A stretch of 64,000 nt of DNA from a bacterium (GTDB lineage: Bacteria > SAR324 > NAC60-12): assembly GCA_965205865.1 (NCBI GenBank), contig CBDBHR010000030.1, positions 515,031-579,030 of the forward strand, written 5' to 3'. Below are positions 10,549 through 21,732 of the stretch, piece by piece; the stretch's first letter is position 1; the number at the start of each line of letters is the position of its first letter. Under the pieces are notes generated by a model. The model ran no database searches. It saw nothing but the letters and a program-made list of their open reading frames with translations, and was not told where the DNA came from. The translations under genes and the position numbers were made by a program.

Positions 10549-12780
10549 ATGAGTTCTGAGCCACAAGCAGGTACATCCGCAGAGATTTCCTTCAAAAAGG
10601 GAAGTCTCCCAAAGGCGCAATCCAAAGTGGGAAAAAAGCTGAAAGATCCACTTTCCCGGCCTAAGACGATTCCGCTCCCATCCGATTGGAGCAAATGCGA
10701 CCCCGGTGAGCTCACGCACCCTTCGTTATATATCAACCGGGAATTGAGCTGGTGCCAATTCAATATGAGGGTATTGGATCAGGCATTCGACGCCAAACAT
10801 CCATTACTGGAGAGAGTTAAATTTTTTGCCATCGTCGCTTCCAACCTCGATGAATTTTTTATGATCCGCATTGCCACCTTGCTGCGCATCATCCGCTCCG
10901 ATCTGGAAAATATTACGCCCGACGGGTTGAGCACTACCGAAGCGTTTTGGGCTATTCATGAAGAAGTCGATAAAATGATGGCCAAACAGCGGGAATGCTG
11001 GAATTCTGTTTTGCGTCCTCTGTTGGCTGAAGAATCCATTGAAATCCTTGAGCCCTCGGAATACACGCCCGGAGTCCGCCAATACCTGGCAAATTACTTC
11101 AAAACGGAAATATTTCCGATTCTCACTCCGCTCGCCTTTGATCCCTCCCATCCCTTTCCGCACATTTCCAATCTCAGTCTAAATTTTGCAGTGGAAGTGC
11201 GTCATAACGAGCAAGTCAAATTCGCTCGGGTCAAGATCCCCCCCATCTTTCCCCGTTTTATTGCCCTTCCTGAGGAATTGAGTCGTAAATCAAAACGAGG
11301 AGCAGTTGGCAATCGCTTTGTCTTTGTGGAAGACGTGATAAAAATCAACATGAGTGCCTTGTTCCCCGAAACCCAAGTGGAAGCCATTTACCTTTTCCGG
11401 GTGATTCGAGACACGGACATCGAAATCCGGGAAGATGAAGCCTCGGATTTGCTGGAATCGGTGAGCGAAGGATTGAAACAGATTCGTTATGGCGAGATAT
11501 CCCGACTGGAAATCGAAGAAAAGATGCCACAGCGGATTTTGGAGATCCTCATCGAAAATTTTCATGTTCCTGAGAGCGCGATTACGGGGACCCAAGACCG
11601 TATGGGCTATGCGGATTGGATGACGTTGATGAAGATCAATCGTCCCCGTCTGAAAGATTCATTGCTGAAGCCCTTTGTCCTCTTTGATTCTATTGAAAGT
11701 CCTGATGCGATTTTTGAAAAAATCAAATATGAAGATTATTTTCTGCACCACCCTTATGATTCTTTCAGCGCGCTGGAAACTTTTTTGAAAGCGGCAGTGG
11801 ACGATCCCCAGGTGATTGCCATCAAGATGACCCTCTATCGCGTGGACGCCGATTCTCCCATCGTGGAATTGTTGACAAAAGCCCGTGAAATTGGAAAACA
11901 GGTAGCCGTTTTGGTAGAGTTGAAAGCGCGTTTTGATGAAGAAAGCAATATTTTGTGGGCGCAACGGATGGAGGCGGCCGGCGTGCACATGGTCTATGGG
12001 GTTTTGCGTCTCAAAACCCATTGCAAACTCTGCTTGATTGTTCGCAAGGAAGCCGAAGGCATCCGACGCTACGTCCACATCGGCACGGGAAATTACAATC
12101 AAGTCACCTCTCGAATCTACACGGATTTGGGGATATTTACTGCGCACCGGGGGATTGTGGAAGACGTCTCCCAGATCTTCAATTACCTGACAGGCTATTC
12201 AAACCAGAAGTCATTCAGAAATTTGCTGGTCTCTCCTGTCAGTTTTCGTTCCGGTATCATCGACCTCATCGAAAAGGAAACGGAGCGCGCCAAAGCGGGT
12301 CACTCGGCGCATCTCATTTTCAAAATCAATCAAATCACCGATCCCCCTGTCATCCAAACGCTCTACAAAGCCTCGCAGGCAGGCGTGAAGGTGGATTTGA
12401 TCGTCCGTGGAATTTGCTGTTTACGCCCCGCTATTGCCGGCATCAGCGACAACATTCGCGTCATATCCATCATCGGCCGGTTTTTAGAGCATTCGCGGAT
12501 TTTTTATTTCCACAACAAGGGGCAGGAAGAAATTTACATTGGCAGTGCCGATCTGATGGAACGCAACTTGGACAGACGGGTGGAAGTGGTCACTCCCATT
12601 TACAGCAGAAAAATCAAAAATTACTTGAAAACCCACGTCCTCGATATCATGCTGAAGGACAATCAACAGGCCAGTGAACTGCAGATCAACGGGGAATACA
12701 TCGATGTATCTCCTTCCAAGGCCACTCCCATCAGTACCCAAAAATATTTACTGGACTGGCACGGTTCCCGTCTCAATTGA
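10549..12780 (+). CDS. ppk: Polyphosphate kinase 1. The annotated start may be too far upstream (about 58-aa N-terminal extension relative to typical PPK1).
   Basis: PPK1 N-terminal signature YINRELSWCQFNMRVLDQA..NLDEFFMIRIA; PLD-like C-terminal domains. Confidence 0.85.
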   Translation: MSSEPQAGTSAEISFKKGSLPKAQSKVGKKLKDPLSRPKTIPLPSDWSKCDPGELTHPSLYINRELSWCQFNMRVLDQAFDAKHPLLERVKFFAIVASNLDEFFMIRIATLLRIIRSDLENITPDGLSTTEAFWAIHEEVDKMMAKQRECWNSVLRPLLAEESIEILEPSEYTPGVRQYLANYFKTEIFPILTPLAFDPSHPFPHISNLSLNFAVEVRHNEQVKFARVKIPPIFPRFIALPEELSRKSKRGAVGNRFVFVEDVIKINMSALFPETQVEAIYLFRVIRDTDIEIREDEASDLLESVSEGLKQIRYGEISRLEIEEKMPQRILEILIENFHVPESAITGTQDRMGYADWMTLMKINRPRLKDSLLKPFVLFDSIESPDAIFEKIKYEDYFLHHPYDSFSALETFLKAAVDDPQVIAIKMTLYRVDADSPIVELLTKAREIGKQVAVLVELKARFDEESNILWAQRMEAAGVHMVYGVLRLKTHCKLCLIVRKEAEGIRRYVHIGTGNYNQVTSRIYTDLGIFTAHRGIVEDVSQIFNYLTGYSNQKSFRNLLVSPVSFRSGIIDLIEKETERAKAGHSAHLIFKINQITDPPVIQTLYKASQAGVKVDLIVRGICCLRPAIAGISDNIRVISIIGRFLEHSRIFYFHNKGQEEIYIGSADLMERNLDRRVEVVTPIYSRKIKNYLKTHVLDIMLKDNQQASELQINGEYIDVSPSKATPISTQKYLLDWHGSRLN

Positions 12781-12834
12781 TAATTGACGACCTGCTTGTT
12801 TTTCAGCAAAACTGCTTGAGCAGCGCCTCAGAAT

Positions 12835-13182
12835 CTAGACATTCCAAAGGATCACTGCGCAAACCAAAGTCCCAACAATCGCAACTCCATAGCTTAAAAT
12901 CGCAATGGGCGCATTCCAGTATTTCAATTGCAACCCGTCAATGAGGAGGGAGCGAAAACGGTGAGCCCAATGAAAAAGGGAAAGCGAAATTAGTCCAAAG
13001 AGAAATAATCGTGTCAGCGGGTGTTTCAGCAGAGTGAATAACTCGGGATATTGGGGCGCTTCAATCCACCCCAGGGGAAACACCAGACCATTCAGGAGCA
13101 GCAAAATGGGAAGAAAGAATGCGGAAAGTACCCCGCCTGCACTGAACATTGTCCACCAAAAAGGATCGCTATTTTTTCTCAT
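12835..13182 (-). CDS. frdD: Fumarate reductase membrane anchor subunit D.
   Basis: 115-aa polytopic membrane protein directly downstream of frdC in the frdABCD order. Confidence 0.7.
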   Translation of the reverse strand: MRKNSDPFWWTMFSAGGVLSAFFLPILLLLNGLVFPLGWIEAPQYPELFTLLKHPLTRLFLFGLISLSLFHWAHRFRSLLIDGLQLKYWNAPIAILSYGVAIVGTLVCAVILWNV

Positions 13183-13197
13183 CTCCGTTTTTCCCCG

Positions 13198-13614
13198 CTA
13201 AATAATGATGAGGATTGAAGCAATGATTGCGGAAATGACAATCCAGGCAAGGTAATGCGATGCCGTGATTGCCGCACCGGGAATGGTTTTATTGCCAAGA
13301 CGGAGGACCAGCGCTTTTTGAGCAAGATGGAACCAGCTGATACTGTGAAAGAGTAAAAACAAAAAAGCAATGAGATGTAAAATCAGAGAACCCGGCGTTT
13401 GCAGCCACTGCGAGAAAGTTGCGTAGACCTCCTCCCCCTGCGATAATGCGCGAATATGAATCAACAGCATTATTGCATAGAAGGCGACGAACACGCAGGT
13501 AAATTCTCGCAAAATGAATTTGGCATGCGCCCATTTATGGGTCCACCAGAGAATGGGGATGCGCTTGCGATACGACTTGGGATGATATTTCGTATAACTC
13601 GGATTGTCATTCAT
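13198..13614 (-). CDS. frdC: Fumarate reductase membrane anchor subunit C.
   Basis: About 139-aa membrane protein between frdB and frdD. Start chosen at MNDNPSYTKY. Confidence 0.7.
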   Translation of the reverse strand: MNDNPSYTKYHPKSYRKRIPILWWTHKWAHAKFILREFTCVFVAFYAIMLLIHIRALSQGEEVYATFSQWLQTPGSLILHLIAFLFLLFHSISWFHLAQKALVLRLGNKTIPGAAITASHYLAWIVISAIIASILIII

Positions 13615-13670
13615 CGTGATCTTTCCTCCCAATGGCCAGGACGAGGTTTCAGGGATAAAATCTTGAATTG

Positions 13671-14414
13671 CTATTCACCGGCCCCGGGCATCAATAAAGA
13701 TTTCCACCAGTCCGCAGTGCCGGTTAATTTGTAGCGCTGAATGGCACCTGCCGGATCAACGTCTTTGGGACATACTACGGAGCACTCTCCAACCAAGGTG
13801 CATTCAAAGATACCATCGTCTTCCGCAAGCACGGCGAGCCTCTCTTTGTTACCCTCATCCCGGTTGTCAAAATTGTAACGTTGGGCCAGCGCAATTGCCG
13901 CGGGACCAATAAAATCCGGTTCCAGACCATAAATCGGACATGCCGCGTAGCAAAGCGTGCAGTTGATACACATACTGTATTGCTTGAACTCGGCAAGTTC
14001 GGCGGGAGTCTGTAAATATTCCCCATCCGACAGCGGCTTTTCTTCTTTGCGAATAATCCACGGCTTTACTCGTTGCAATTTCTCCATGAAGTCGCTCATT
14101 TCAACGACAAGATCCCGAACAACGGGAAAATTATCCATGGGAGCGACTCGGATGGGACCGGGTTGGTAGGCCTGCAAGAAAGTCGCGCACGTCAAAACAG
14201 GGGTGTTGTTGACCATCATTCCACAACTGCCACAAACCCCCATACGACAAGACCAGCGGTAAGACAAAGTGCCATCCAGATGGTCCTTGATGTAATTCAG
14301 GGCATCCAAAATGACCCAGTCTTTGTGAAGAGGAACTTCATAGCTCTGGTAGACCGGTTCTGATTCATTTTCCGGACGATAACGTAAGACTTCAAGGGTG
14401 ATGTTGGTTGACAT
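13671..14414 (-). CDS. frdB: Fumarate reductase iron-sulfur subunit.
   Basis: [21 protein letters not shown] ([2Fe-2S]); [12 protein letters not shown] and [13 protein letters not shown] cluster cysteines. Confidence 0.85.
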   Translation of the reverse strand: MSTNITLEVLRYRPENESEPVYQSYEVPLHKDWVILDALNYIKDHLDGTLSYRWSCRMGVCGSCGMMVNNTPVLTCATFLQAYQPGPIRVAPMDNFPVVRDLVVEMSDFMEKLQRVKPWIIRKEEKPLSDGEYLQTPAELAEFKQYSMCINCTLCYAACPIYGLEPDFIGPAAIALAQRYNFDNRDEGNKERLAVLAEDDGIFECTLVGECSVVCPKDVDPAGAIQRYKLTGTADWWKSLLMPGAGE

Positions 14415-14477
14415 AGAACCTCTTCAACTGCTTGAGACCCTTCATTTTGGACAAAGGGCTTTTTGAAAAATAATCAT

Positions 14478-16229
14478 TTAATTTCCGTAAACGCGTTCTC
14501 CCGGGGGCCAACGCGTAATCGTCACCGGCAGGTATTCCACGCGCGGCGCTCCGTCGTCGCTATGGTAGGCCAAGCTGTGAGCCAGAAAATTTTCATCGTC
14601 ACGCTGCGGGAAATCCGTACGCTGATGCGAGCCTCGGGACTCTGTCCTTTGCAACGCGGATTGCGTAACGGCCTCCGCCACGTCCAACATATAACCAAGC
14701 TCCAACGCATTGACCAGTTCCGTATTGAAGGTGAGGCTGTGATCATCGAGGGAGAGGTTCAAAAATCGTTCCTGAAGTTGTCCGATGATTTGCTGAGATT
14801 TCTTCAGAGACCCTTGATCCCGGTAAATGCCAGCACCCTCTTCCATCGCCTGATGCATCTCTTTTCTCAATTGAGCGATACGCTCTTTTCCGCCTTTCTT
14901 TCTGAGAAACTGCTGTTCCAGTCGTTTGGCTTCATCGGACACCAGTGTCTGCAAGTGGGAGCCCGGTTGTTTCTGATCCAAGGCGAAGCGGGCCGCCGCC
15001 GTTCCCACTCTTGCGCCAAAAACCAACAATTCCGTCAGGGAATTGGAACCAAGTCGATTGGCCCCGTTGATACTGACGCAGGCTGCTTCGCCGGCGGCAT
15101 AAAGGCCTTCCAAAGGGGTTTCCCCATGAATATTGGTGTGGATCCCTCCCATCATGTAATGCACCACCGGCCTCACGGGGATCATTTCTTTTACCGGATC
15201 GATATTTTCGTACTTCATACAAAGTTCGCGGACAAAAGGCAATTTGGTATTGATCACCTCCTCACCCAAACGACGGAGATCAAGATGGACATAGTGTCCG
15301 TATTCACCGGCGAAAGTTCGTCCCTTTTCCATCTCCTTGACAAAAGCTTGAGAGAGCCGGTCGCGAGGTCCGAGTTCCATGGAACGCAGAACGGGTTCCG
15401 CTTGCGGAGCGCCCAAATTGTAATCTTGCAGGTAGCGATAGCCATCTTTGTTGAGTAACCACCCTCCTTCGGCGCGAGAGGCTTCAGTGATGAGAATTCC
15501 GGTAAAAGGAAGTCCGGTAGGATGATACTGCACAAACTCCATATCTTTAAGGGGAACACCCGCTCGGTAGGCCAGCGACATACCATCACCGTTTTTGATA
15601 TTGGCATTGGTGGTAAATGGAAACACTTTGCCACATCCCCCCGTGCAAACTATGACGGCTTTGGCCATGATGGCGTGAATTCTTCCGGTTGCCAGTTCAA
15701 TCGCCACTACCCCTTGACAACGACCTTCATTCACCAGCAATTTGGTGACGAAATATTCGTCATATCGTTGTACGGGGTGATATTTGAGACTGGTTTGGAA
15801 CAGGGTGTGAAGCATGTGAAAGCCTGTTTTATCAGCAGCATACCAGGTTCGTTTGATCTTCATTCCACCAAATGGACGCACGGCAACAGTGCCATCCGTT
15901 TCCCTGCTCCAGGGACACCCCCAATGCTCGAGTTGCAGCATCTCACGGGGCGCTTCATGGACAAAGGCTTCTACGGCATCTTGATCACAAAGCCAGTCTG
16001 CGCCGGAGATCGTATCGTAGGCGTGAGCATCCGGACTGTCATTCGACTTGATGACGGCTGCCGCGCCTCCTTCCGCGGATACGGTATGGCTGCGCATGGG
16101 ATAAACTTTCGAGACGACGGCGATGCTCAAATCCGCATTCGTCTCTGCAACTGCAATTGCTGCCCGAAGACCTGCTCCACCTCCGCCCACGATGAGGACG
16201 TCGTGCGCGCGTGTTTCATATGCGACCAT
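14478..16229 (-). CDS. frdA: Fumarate reductase flavoprotein subunit.
   Basis: [19 protein letters not shown] fold. [16 protein letters not shown] is an FrdA-type covalent-FAD His region. Succinate DH/fumarate reductase catalytic motifs. Confidence 0.9.
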   Translation of the reverse strand: MVAYETRAHDVLIVGGGGAGLRAAIAVAETNADLSIAVVSKVYPMRSHTVSAEGGAAAVIKSNDSPDAHAYDTISGADWLCDQDAVEAFVHEAPREMLQLEHWGCPWSRETDGTVAVRPFGGMKIKRTWYAADKTGFHMLHTLFQTSLKYHPVQRYDEYFVTKLLVNEGRCQGVVAIELATGRIHAIMAKAVIVCTGGCGKVFPFTTNANIKNGDGMSLAYRAGVPLKDMEFVQYHPTGLPFTGILITEASRAEGGWLLNKDGYRYLQDYNLGAPQAEPVLRSMELGPRDRLSQAFVKEMEKGRTFAGEYGHYVHLDLRRLGEEVINTKLPFVRELCMKYENIDPVKEMIPVRPVVHYMMGGIHTNIHGETPLEGLYAAGEAACVSINGANRLGSNSLTELLVFGARVGTAAARFALDQKQPGSHLQTLVSDEAKRLEQQFLRKKGGKERIAQLRKEMHQAMEEGAGIYRDQGSLKKSQQIIGQLQERFLNLSLDDHSLTFNTELVNALELGYMLDVAEAVTQSALQRTESRGSHQRTDFPQRDDENFLAHSLAYHSDDGAPRVEYLPVTITRWPPGERVYGN

Positions 16230-16472
16230 TCACTCTCCTGAGGAATCCAAGATCTCTCGCGTTGCTCGAGACGACAGGGTATTTTCGGTTGAAAAATCTA
16301 TTGACGATATGAGTTCCGCATGTGCGCCGGCTCATTAATAAAACGAGATGGATTTTATAGCAATCGGTTAATTGCGCAAGATAAAAACATCGCTTGAATA
16401 CGCGCCCTCAGAAACGATATTCGTAAAGGATCGACCGGTAATGAGGAATGTCTTTCTTCGTACGCTAGAATA

Positions 16473-16505
16473 CCCCTCCCCTTGAGGGAGGGGCTAGGGG
16501 AGGGG
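16473..16505. repeat. REP-like G/C palindromic element.
   Basis: cccctccccttgagggaggggctaggggagggg in the frdA-rlmH intergenic region. Confidence 0.8.
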
Positions 16506-16674
16506 TAAACCGATTTCAAAGTCTGCCCGAAATCCATTTTGCTCATCGAATTCAGGGCGAAATGGAAGAGTGGGGCCATCCCTGGTATGATAAACAATCA
16601 GACGCAAGAAACCTGAAGGCGCCCTGCTTTTTTTCTGCTGAATCACTCATACTGAACAAGCGGACTGCTGAAAA

Positions 16675-17142
16675 ATGTACAAAATACGCTTCATCTGGGT
16701 GGGCAAAACTCAAGATGCCTACCTGAAAACGGGGATCGATCAATATCTGTCGAAATTACAACATTACTCGTCCATCTCATGTTTGGAAACCAGGGCGGGC
16801 AACTACGCGCATGGAAACCAGAGACTCTGGCGCATTAAAGACACCGAAGCCATCCTGAAAAAACTCCATGCATCTGATACGACGATTGTCCTCGATGAAC
16901 GAGGGCAGCAAAAATCTTCACGACAATTGGCTCGATTACTGGAACAACAGAAAACGATTCAGCGCCGCCAGCTGAATTTTGTCATAGGAGGCCCATACGG
17001 TCTGGAATTGTCACTTTTTGAAAATCCCACCCTCTTGAGCCTTTCTCCCATGACTTTTCCGCACCAGATGGTAAGATTGATCCTCATGGAACAAATTTAC
17101 CGGGCATTTAAAATCATCAACGATGAGCCATATCATCATTAA
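16675..17142 (+). CDS. rlmH: 23S rRNA (pseudouridine1915-N3)-methyltransferase.
   Basis: 155-aa SPOUT methyltransferase with typical RlmH N-terminus and FVIGGPYG motif. Confidence 0.85.
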   Translation: MYKIRFIWVGKTQDAYLKTGIDQYLSKLQHYSSISCLETRAGNYAHGNQRLWRIKDTEAILKKLHASDTTIVLDERGQQKSSRQLARLLEQQKTIQRRQLNFVIGGPYGLELSLFENPTLLSLSPMTFPHQMVRLILMEQIYRAFKIINDEPYHH

Positions 17143-17162
17143 TCTTCAATCAAGCATCATTC

Positions 17163-18473
17163 ATGAGACGACTCGTCATATTGGCTGCAATTTTGATCTT
17201 TCTCTGCATTGCCGGTTATTTCATTTACATGAATAACCACAAAGTTCCTCTTGTACTGATGGGTTCTTATACACTTCATTTATCCTTGTGGCTCATCTTA
17301 TTCGCAGTGTTTCTTTTCGGCTGGTTACTGGCTTGGATCCATCAAGTTCTTTTTCATCCGGATCGCCTGTTTCAACGAATCAAAAACCGCCTGGCGCGTT
17401 TTCAAGACACCAAACGGGAGAAAAAGCGCCAGACCTATTTTGACGCTTCTCTACGCTATGATTTGAAAGCAATGCGAGCTACTTTCCGCAGTATGCGGCG
17501 TTCGGACAGGCTCCCTTTGCATATCAGAGCGCATTATTTGAAACAACAACGTTACCAACAATCCAGTGCTTCCTTGATGGAGGCTTTTCACCAACTCAAA
17601 CAACAATACACCGGCAATTTGCAGGTCCTGCTTCCCTATCAAAAACTGGCGCTGGAATTACAGGAATGGGGACTTGCGGAATTGCTCAGCCAGGAAATTC
17701 TGGATTTGGAAAAAGACCATCCCCGTGGCCTGGAAGGATTGCGGCAGATCCATCAACACCGGCAGGAGTGGGAAAAATGCGCGCAGCAGGAAGTCAAACT
17801 CCTCACCCGTTTCCCCCAAAGCATGGTTGCCGAGCTCTTGCTTTTCCAACATGAAATCCACTTGCTCAAAGGATACGAACAAAATCCCCGCTTGATTTCG
17901 CAAAAAAACTTGAACCATTTTCCGGGCAAAGCCTCCGCGTTCAAAGAATTTCATCAAGTCACGCTGGCGCTGGCGGAAGCGGAGCGAATGTGCCGCAGCC
18001 AACAATACGAACAAGCTGCCAGATTGCTCAAACGCAGCTATGAGAAAACTGCCGCCCCCGTCTTGTTGGATCGCTTGGAGTCCATATTTTACCAAACAGG
18101 GCAGAGTGAGAAAGTCTCGAGTATTTTGCGTGATCTCCAACTGTCTTCTTCAGCAACCCTCTACGTGGACTTGGTCCGGGCTCGCATTCATTATCGTTTG
18201 AATCAGTTCGACCAGGCCCGTTCCATATTGAGCAGATTGGCCACCCGGCACCCCAAGCCACCTGTCTTGTATCGCACTCTGGATTATCTGCTCGCGAAGC
18301 AAGAAAGTAATCAAGAGCAACTTATCGAAGCGGCGCAGTCGTTGATTCCGGCAGAAACCCTGCTGGCAAACCTCTATTCCTGCAAACAGTGCGGAGCAGT
18401 CGGTGATTGGCAATCCGTCTGTCAGCGTTGCAACCACGTATACAGCTACGTTCACCGTGATCACTTGACCTGA
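17163..18473 (+). CDS. lapB: LPS assembly protein LapB (YciM)-like TPR protein with a LapA-like two-TM N-terminus (apparent LapA-LapB fusion).
   Basis: Two N-terminal TM helices plus the WLLAWI..RIKNRLARFQ LapA-like region. TPR-like repeats. C-terminal rubredoxin-like CxxC..CxxC (CKQCGAVGDWQSVCQRCNH). Confidence 0.6.
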   Translation: MRRLVILAAILIFLCIAGYFIYMNNHKVPLVLMGSYTLHLSLWLILFAVFLFGWLLAWIHQVLFHPDRLFQRIKNRLARFQDTKREKKRQTYFDASLRYDLKAMRATFRSMRRSDRLPLHIRAHYLKQQRYQQSSASLMEAFHQLKQQYTGNLQVLLPYQKLALELQEWGLAELLSQEILDLEKDHPRGLEGLRQIHQHRQEWEKCAQQEVKLLTRFPQSMVAELLLFQHEIHLLKGYEQNPRLISQKNLNHFPGKASAFKEFHQVTLALAEAERMCRSQQYEQAARLLKRSYEKTAAPVLLDRLESIFYQTGQSEKVSSILRDLQLSSSATLYVDLVRARIHYRLNQFDQARSILSRLATRHPKPPVLYRTLDYLLAKQESNQEQLIEAAQSLIPAETLLANLYSCKQCGAVGDWQSVCQRCNHVYSYVHRDHLT

Positions 18474-18494
18474 GTACAAGGGACCGGAAGATTT

Positions 18495-20918
18495 TTAGCC
18501 GGCAAATGATTGCGCTCCCACTTCGGAGACAAGGCTCTCCTTTTCAAAGGCTTTGGAGTCTTTTTCATACAATTTGGGGAAATATTCCAATCCGAAATGT
18601 AACGCTTCCTCCACGTTGACGACTGCCTGGATTTTCAATCCTTTTTTGATTTCATCCGGAATTTCAACCAGGTCTTTGGCATTGTCTCGAGGGATGAGAA
18701 CGGTGTCCAGGTTTCCACGTTTTGCAGCCAGTAATTTTTCTTTCAATCCTCCGATTTCCGTGACATGACCACGAAGGGTGATTTCGCCGGTCATGGCGAC
18801 CTCGTGGCGGACCGGTATCTTGGTAAAGGCGCTGACGATGGAAGTGATCAAAGGCAGTCCCGCAGACGGTCCGTCTTTGGGAATGGCGCCTTCGGGAAGA
18901 TGGATGTGTAAATCCGTCTTGCCGAAAATCGAGTCATCCAATCCTAAAAGCGCGACATTGGACTGGACATACGAATAAGCGGCCTGCGCGGATTCCTGCA
19001 TGACGTCTCCCAACTTCCCGGTCAGGGACAATGCGCCACTGCCGTCCATCAAACTCGCTTCCACCAGCAGCAGTTCTCCTCCCATCGCCGTCACCCCCAG
19101 TCCCATGCTGATCCCCACTTTGCTGGATTCTTCCTTCATATCGTGCTGGAAGAGCGGAACTCCGAGCAGCTTGTGGACCATTCCGGGAGTGACAATGAGG
19201 TTTTTTTCAGATTTCGCGCGCACCAGTTTCGTCACGATTTTCCGGCAAATTTTTCCGATTTCACGTTCCAGGTTACGGACCCCGGCTTCCCGGGTGTAGT
19301 GTTGTATGATTTCGGTAACGGCCATACTGCGGAAAGTGATTTGATCCGCTTCCACTCCGTGAAGGGCGCATTGCTTGGGCACCAGGAATCTTGTGGCAAT
19401 ATGATGCTTTTCCAATTCAGTGTACCCTGACAGATCGATGACTTCCATGCGGTCCAGCAGCGGTGGTTGGATGTATTCCGTGGAATTGGCGGTACAGATG
19501 AATAAAACCTCGGAAAGGTTGTATTCCACTTCCAGATAATGATCCATGAAGGTGTGATTCTGCTCGGGATCCAACACTTCGAGCAGGGCTGCCGCCGGGT
19601 CGCTCAACGGACTTTGGTAGACTTTATCGATTTCATCGATCAACAAGACCGGATTGTTGGTCTTGCTTTTACGGATCGACTGAATGATTTTGCCAGGCAA
19701 AGCGCCAATATACGTACGCCGGTGCCCTCGGATTTCCGCTTCATCCCGGATGCCTCCTAAACTCATTCTGACGAATTGCCGGTCCAAGGCTCGCGCTACG
19801 GATTTGGCCAGGGAGGTTTTCCCCACGCCCGGAGGACCGACCAGGCATAAAATCGGTCCTTTCAGCGTCCCTTTCAAATGAGCGACAGCAATATACTCGA
19901 TGATGCGCTGTTTTACTTTTTCCAATCCATAGTGATCTTCATCCAGCCGTTTTTGGGCAATATCCAGATCAAAATTGTCCTTTGTTTTATTCTGCCAGGG
20001 CATGCTGACCAACCATTCCAGGTAATTGCGTACAACGTTCGATTCTGCCGACATGGGAGACATCAGTTTCAGTTTTTTCAACTCCTTGAGCGCCAATTCA
20101 TCGGCCTCTTTCGACATTTTTGCTTCTTTGATACGTTGGGAAAGTTCTTCGATTTCAGTGCGAAATTCATCGATCTGTCCCAGTTCTTTCTGGATGGAGT
20201 GGAGTTGGTCTTGCAGATAATCTTCTTTCTGCGAACCCCGGATTTGTTCTTTGGCCTGAGTTTTCAAATGGCTTTCCAGTTTGTTCACTTCGAATTCTTC
20301 TTGCAAGATCCGGCAGATGTATTCGAGGCGTTCATGAACGTCCGCACATTCCAGCAAGTCTCGTTTTTGTTCTTGACGGGTCTCGAGCAACGGGGCGATG
20401 CTATCGGCTAAGAGGAGTGAGTCGACGGACAGCAAGGATTCAAATTTATTTTCCGGAATTTTCTGCTTGCTGAATTCTTGATATTTTTCCAGGGCTTGTC
20501 GGGTTTTCCGCACGATTTCTTCAAAGCGCTCATTATCGGAAATTTGATCGACAATGGTCTCCACGCGCGCCAGATACATGCCTTCTTCCAGCTGAGTTTC
20601 CAGAATACGAGCGCGTTGTTTGGCTTCGAACAATACCTTGACGGTCCCGTTGGGCAGCCGCATGATTTGCAAGACTTTTCCGATCGTCCCGATAAGGAAG
20701 AGATCATCTTCCCGCGGAGTCTCCGTGGAGGAATTCTTCTGAGTGATCACGAATATCTCCCGGTCCGTGGCAAGTGCTTTGTCAAGGGCTTCCATGGAAA
20801 GTTTACGTCCCACGAAGAAAGGAAGGGTCGTTGCCGGAAAAACCACTTCTTCCCGGAGAGGCAACATGGGTAGGATCTTGGGTCGCAGCACATAAAATTC
20901 AGACATATATTCTCTCAA
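18495..20918 (-). CDS. lon: ATP-dependent Lon protease.
   Basis: LON N-domain, AAA+ Walker A (GPPGVGKTS), and proteolytic domain with catalytic-Ser context (DGPSAG). Confidence 0.9.
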   Translation of the reverse strand: MREYMSEFYVLRPKILPMLPLREEVVFPATTLPFFVGRKLSMEALDKALATDREIFVITQKNSSTETPREDDLFLIGTIGKVLQIMRLPNGTVKVLFEAKQRARILETQLEEGMYLARVETIVDQISDNERFEEIVRKTRQALEKYQEFSKQKIPENKFESLLSVDSLLLADSIAPLLETRQEQKRDLLECADVHERLEYICRILQEEFEVNKLESHLKTQAKEQIRGSQKEDYLQDQLHSIQKELGQIDEFRTEIEELSQRIKEAKMSKEADELALKELKKLKLMSPMSAESNVVRNYLEWLVSMPWQNKTKDNFDLDIAQKRLDEDHYGLEKVKQRIIEYIAVAHLKGTLKGPILCLVGPPGVGKTSLAKSVARALDRQFVRMSLGGIRDEAEIRGHRRTYIGALPGKIIQSIRKSKTNNPVLLIDEIDKVYQSPLSDPAAALLEVLDPEQNHTFMDHYLEVEYNLSEVLFICTANSTEYIQPPLLDRMEVIDLSGYTELEKHHIATRFLVPKQCALHGVEADQITFRSMAVTEIIQHYTREAGVRNLEREIGKICRKIVTKLVRAKSEKNLIVTPGMVHKLLGVPLFQHDMKEESSKVGISMGLGVTAMGGELLLVEASLMDGSGALSLTGKLGDVMQESAQAAYSYVQSNVALLGLDDSIFGKTDLHIHLPEGAIPKDGPSAGLPLITSIVSAFTKIPVRHEVAMTGEITLRGHVTEIGGLKEKLLAAKRGNLDTVLIPRDNAKDLVEIPDEIKKGLKIQAVVNVEEALHFGLEYFPKLYEKDSKAFEKESLVSEVGAQSFAG

Positions 20919-21013
20919 TTGACGGGTTGTGTCATACCAACTTCTTGCAACTCTGGTTTTTTGAATTTAGGTCAATTTTGCGAAAAAGGCACGAAAAATA
21001 AAGAGGAGCGTTT

Positions 21014-21538
21014 TTATTCTCCCGAAAAGCTGATGAGCGAGAAGACGGGATAGCGGGACAATTGCGCCTTCCCCTCGAGATCGGGCAACTCGATGACGAA
21101 GACGCATTCCACAACGCGTGCTCCTGCTTTTTCGACAAGGCGGCAAGCGGCGTTCATTGTTCCACCGGTGGCCAGCAGGTCGTCCACTACAAGAACCTTT
21201 TGCTGTGCCGCAATGGAATCCACGTGCATTTCCAGACGGTCTTTTCCATATTCCAGCTCATATTCCACTCCAATCGTCTCAGCAGGCAATTTGTCCGGTT
21301 TTCGAATCAAAACCAATCCTTTGCGCAAGCGATCCGCTAGTGCCGCTCCGATAATGAAACCTCGGGCTTCGATCCCGGCAATTACGTCGATCTGATAGTC
21401 TCGATAGCGGTTTTCCAGGATATCGAGAGTCTCGCGCAACCCTGTCGCATCCGACAACAGGGTGGTGATGTCCCGGAATTGGATACCCGGTTTGGGAAAA
21501 TCCGCAATCGTGCGAACCCTGGCTTTCAATGATTCCAT
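21014..21538 (-). CDS. apt: Adenine phosphoribosyltransferase.
   Basis: IRTIADFPKPGIQFRDIT; PRPP-binding VLVVDDLLATGGT. Confidence 0.9.
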   Translation of the reverse strand: MESLKARVRTIADFPKPGIQFRDITTLLSDATGLRETLDILENRYRDYQIDVIAGIEARGFIIGAALADRLRKGLVLIRKPDKLPAETIGVEYELEYGKDRLEMHVDSIAAQQKVLVVDDLLATGGTMNAACRLVEKAGARVVECVFVIELPDLEGKAQLSRYPVFSLISFSGE

Positions 21539-21732
21539 AAAACGTCTTCTATTTCAGGTGATGAAGTTGCTGAGGAGGAGTTTTCGTTATATTTATTTCC
21601 GCTCGTCGCAGGAAGCGATCGTAGGATCGTATCACGTATAGTCGCTTCACTCAACCAACCATTCGGTCCCGGTAGGAGTGATGTTTCCCGGATTCTCTTT
21701 CTTATTGTCTTTCGCGCCTTCTTGATTTACTC

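Noticed and set aside
11955-12677. Plus-strand 240-aa ORF in an alternative frame inside ppk.
   Set aside because: Out-of-frame overlap with strongly supported PPK1. Arg/His/Gly-rich junk translation.
14463-16241. Plus-strand ORFs 14463..15458 (331 aa) and 15522..16241 (239 aa).
   Set aside because: Antisense to frdA; no recognizable domains; shadow ORFs of a high-GC gene.
19878-20873. Plus-strand ORFs within lon (177 aa, 131 aa).
   Set aside because: Antisense shadow ORFs with no motifs.
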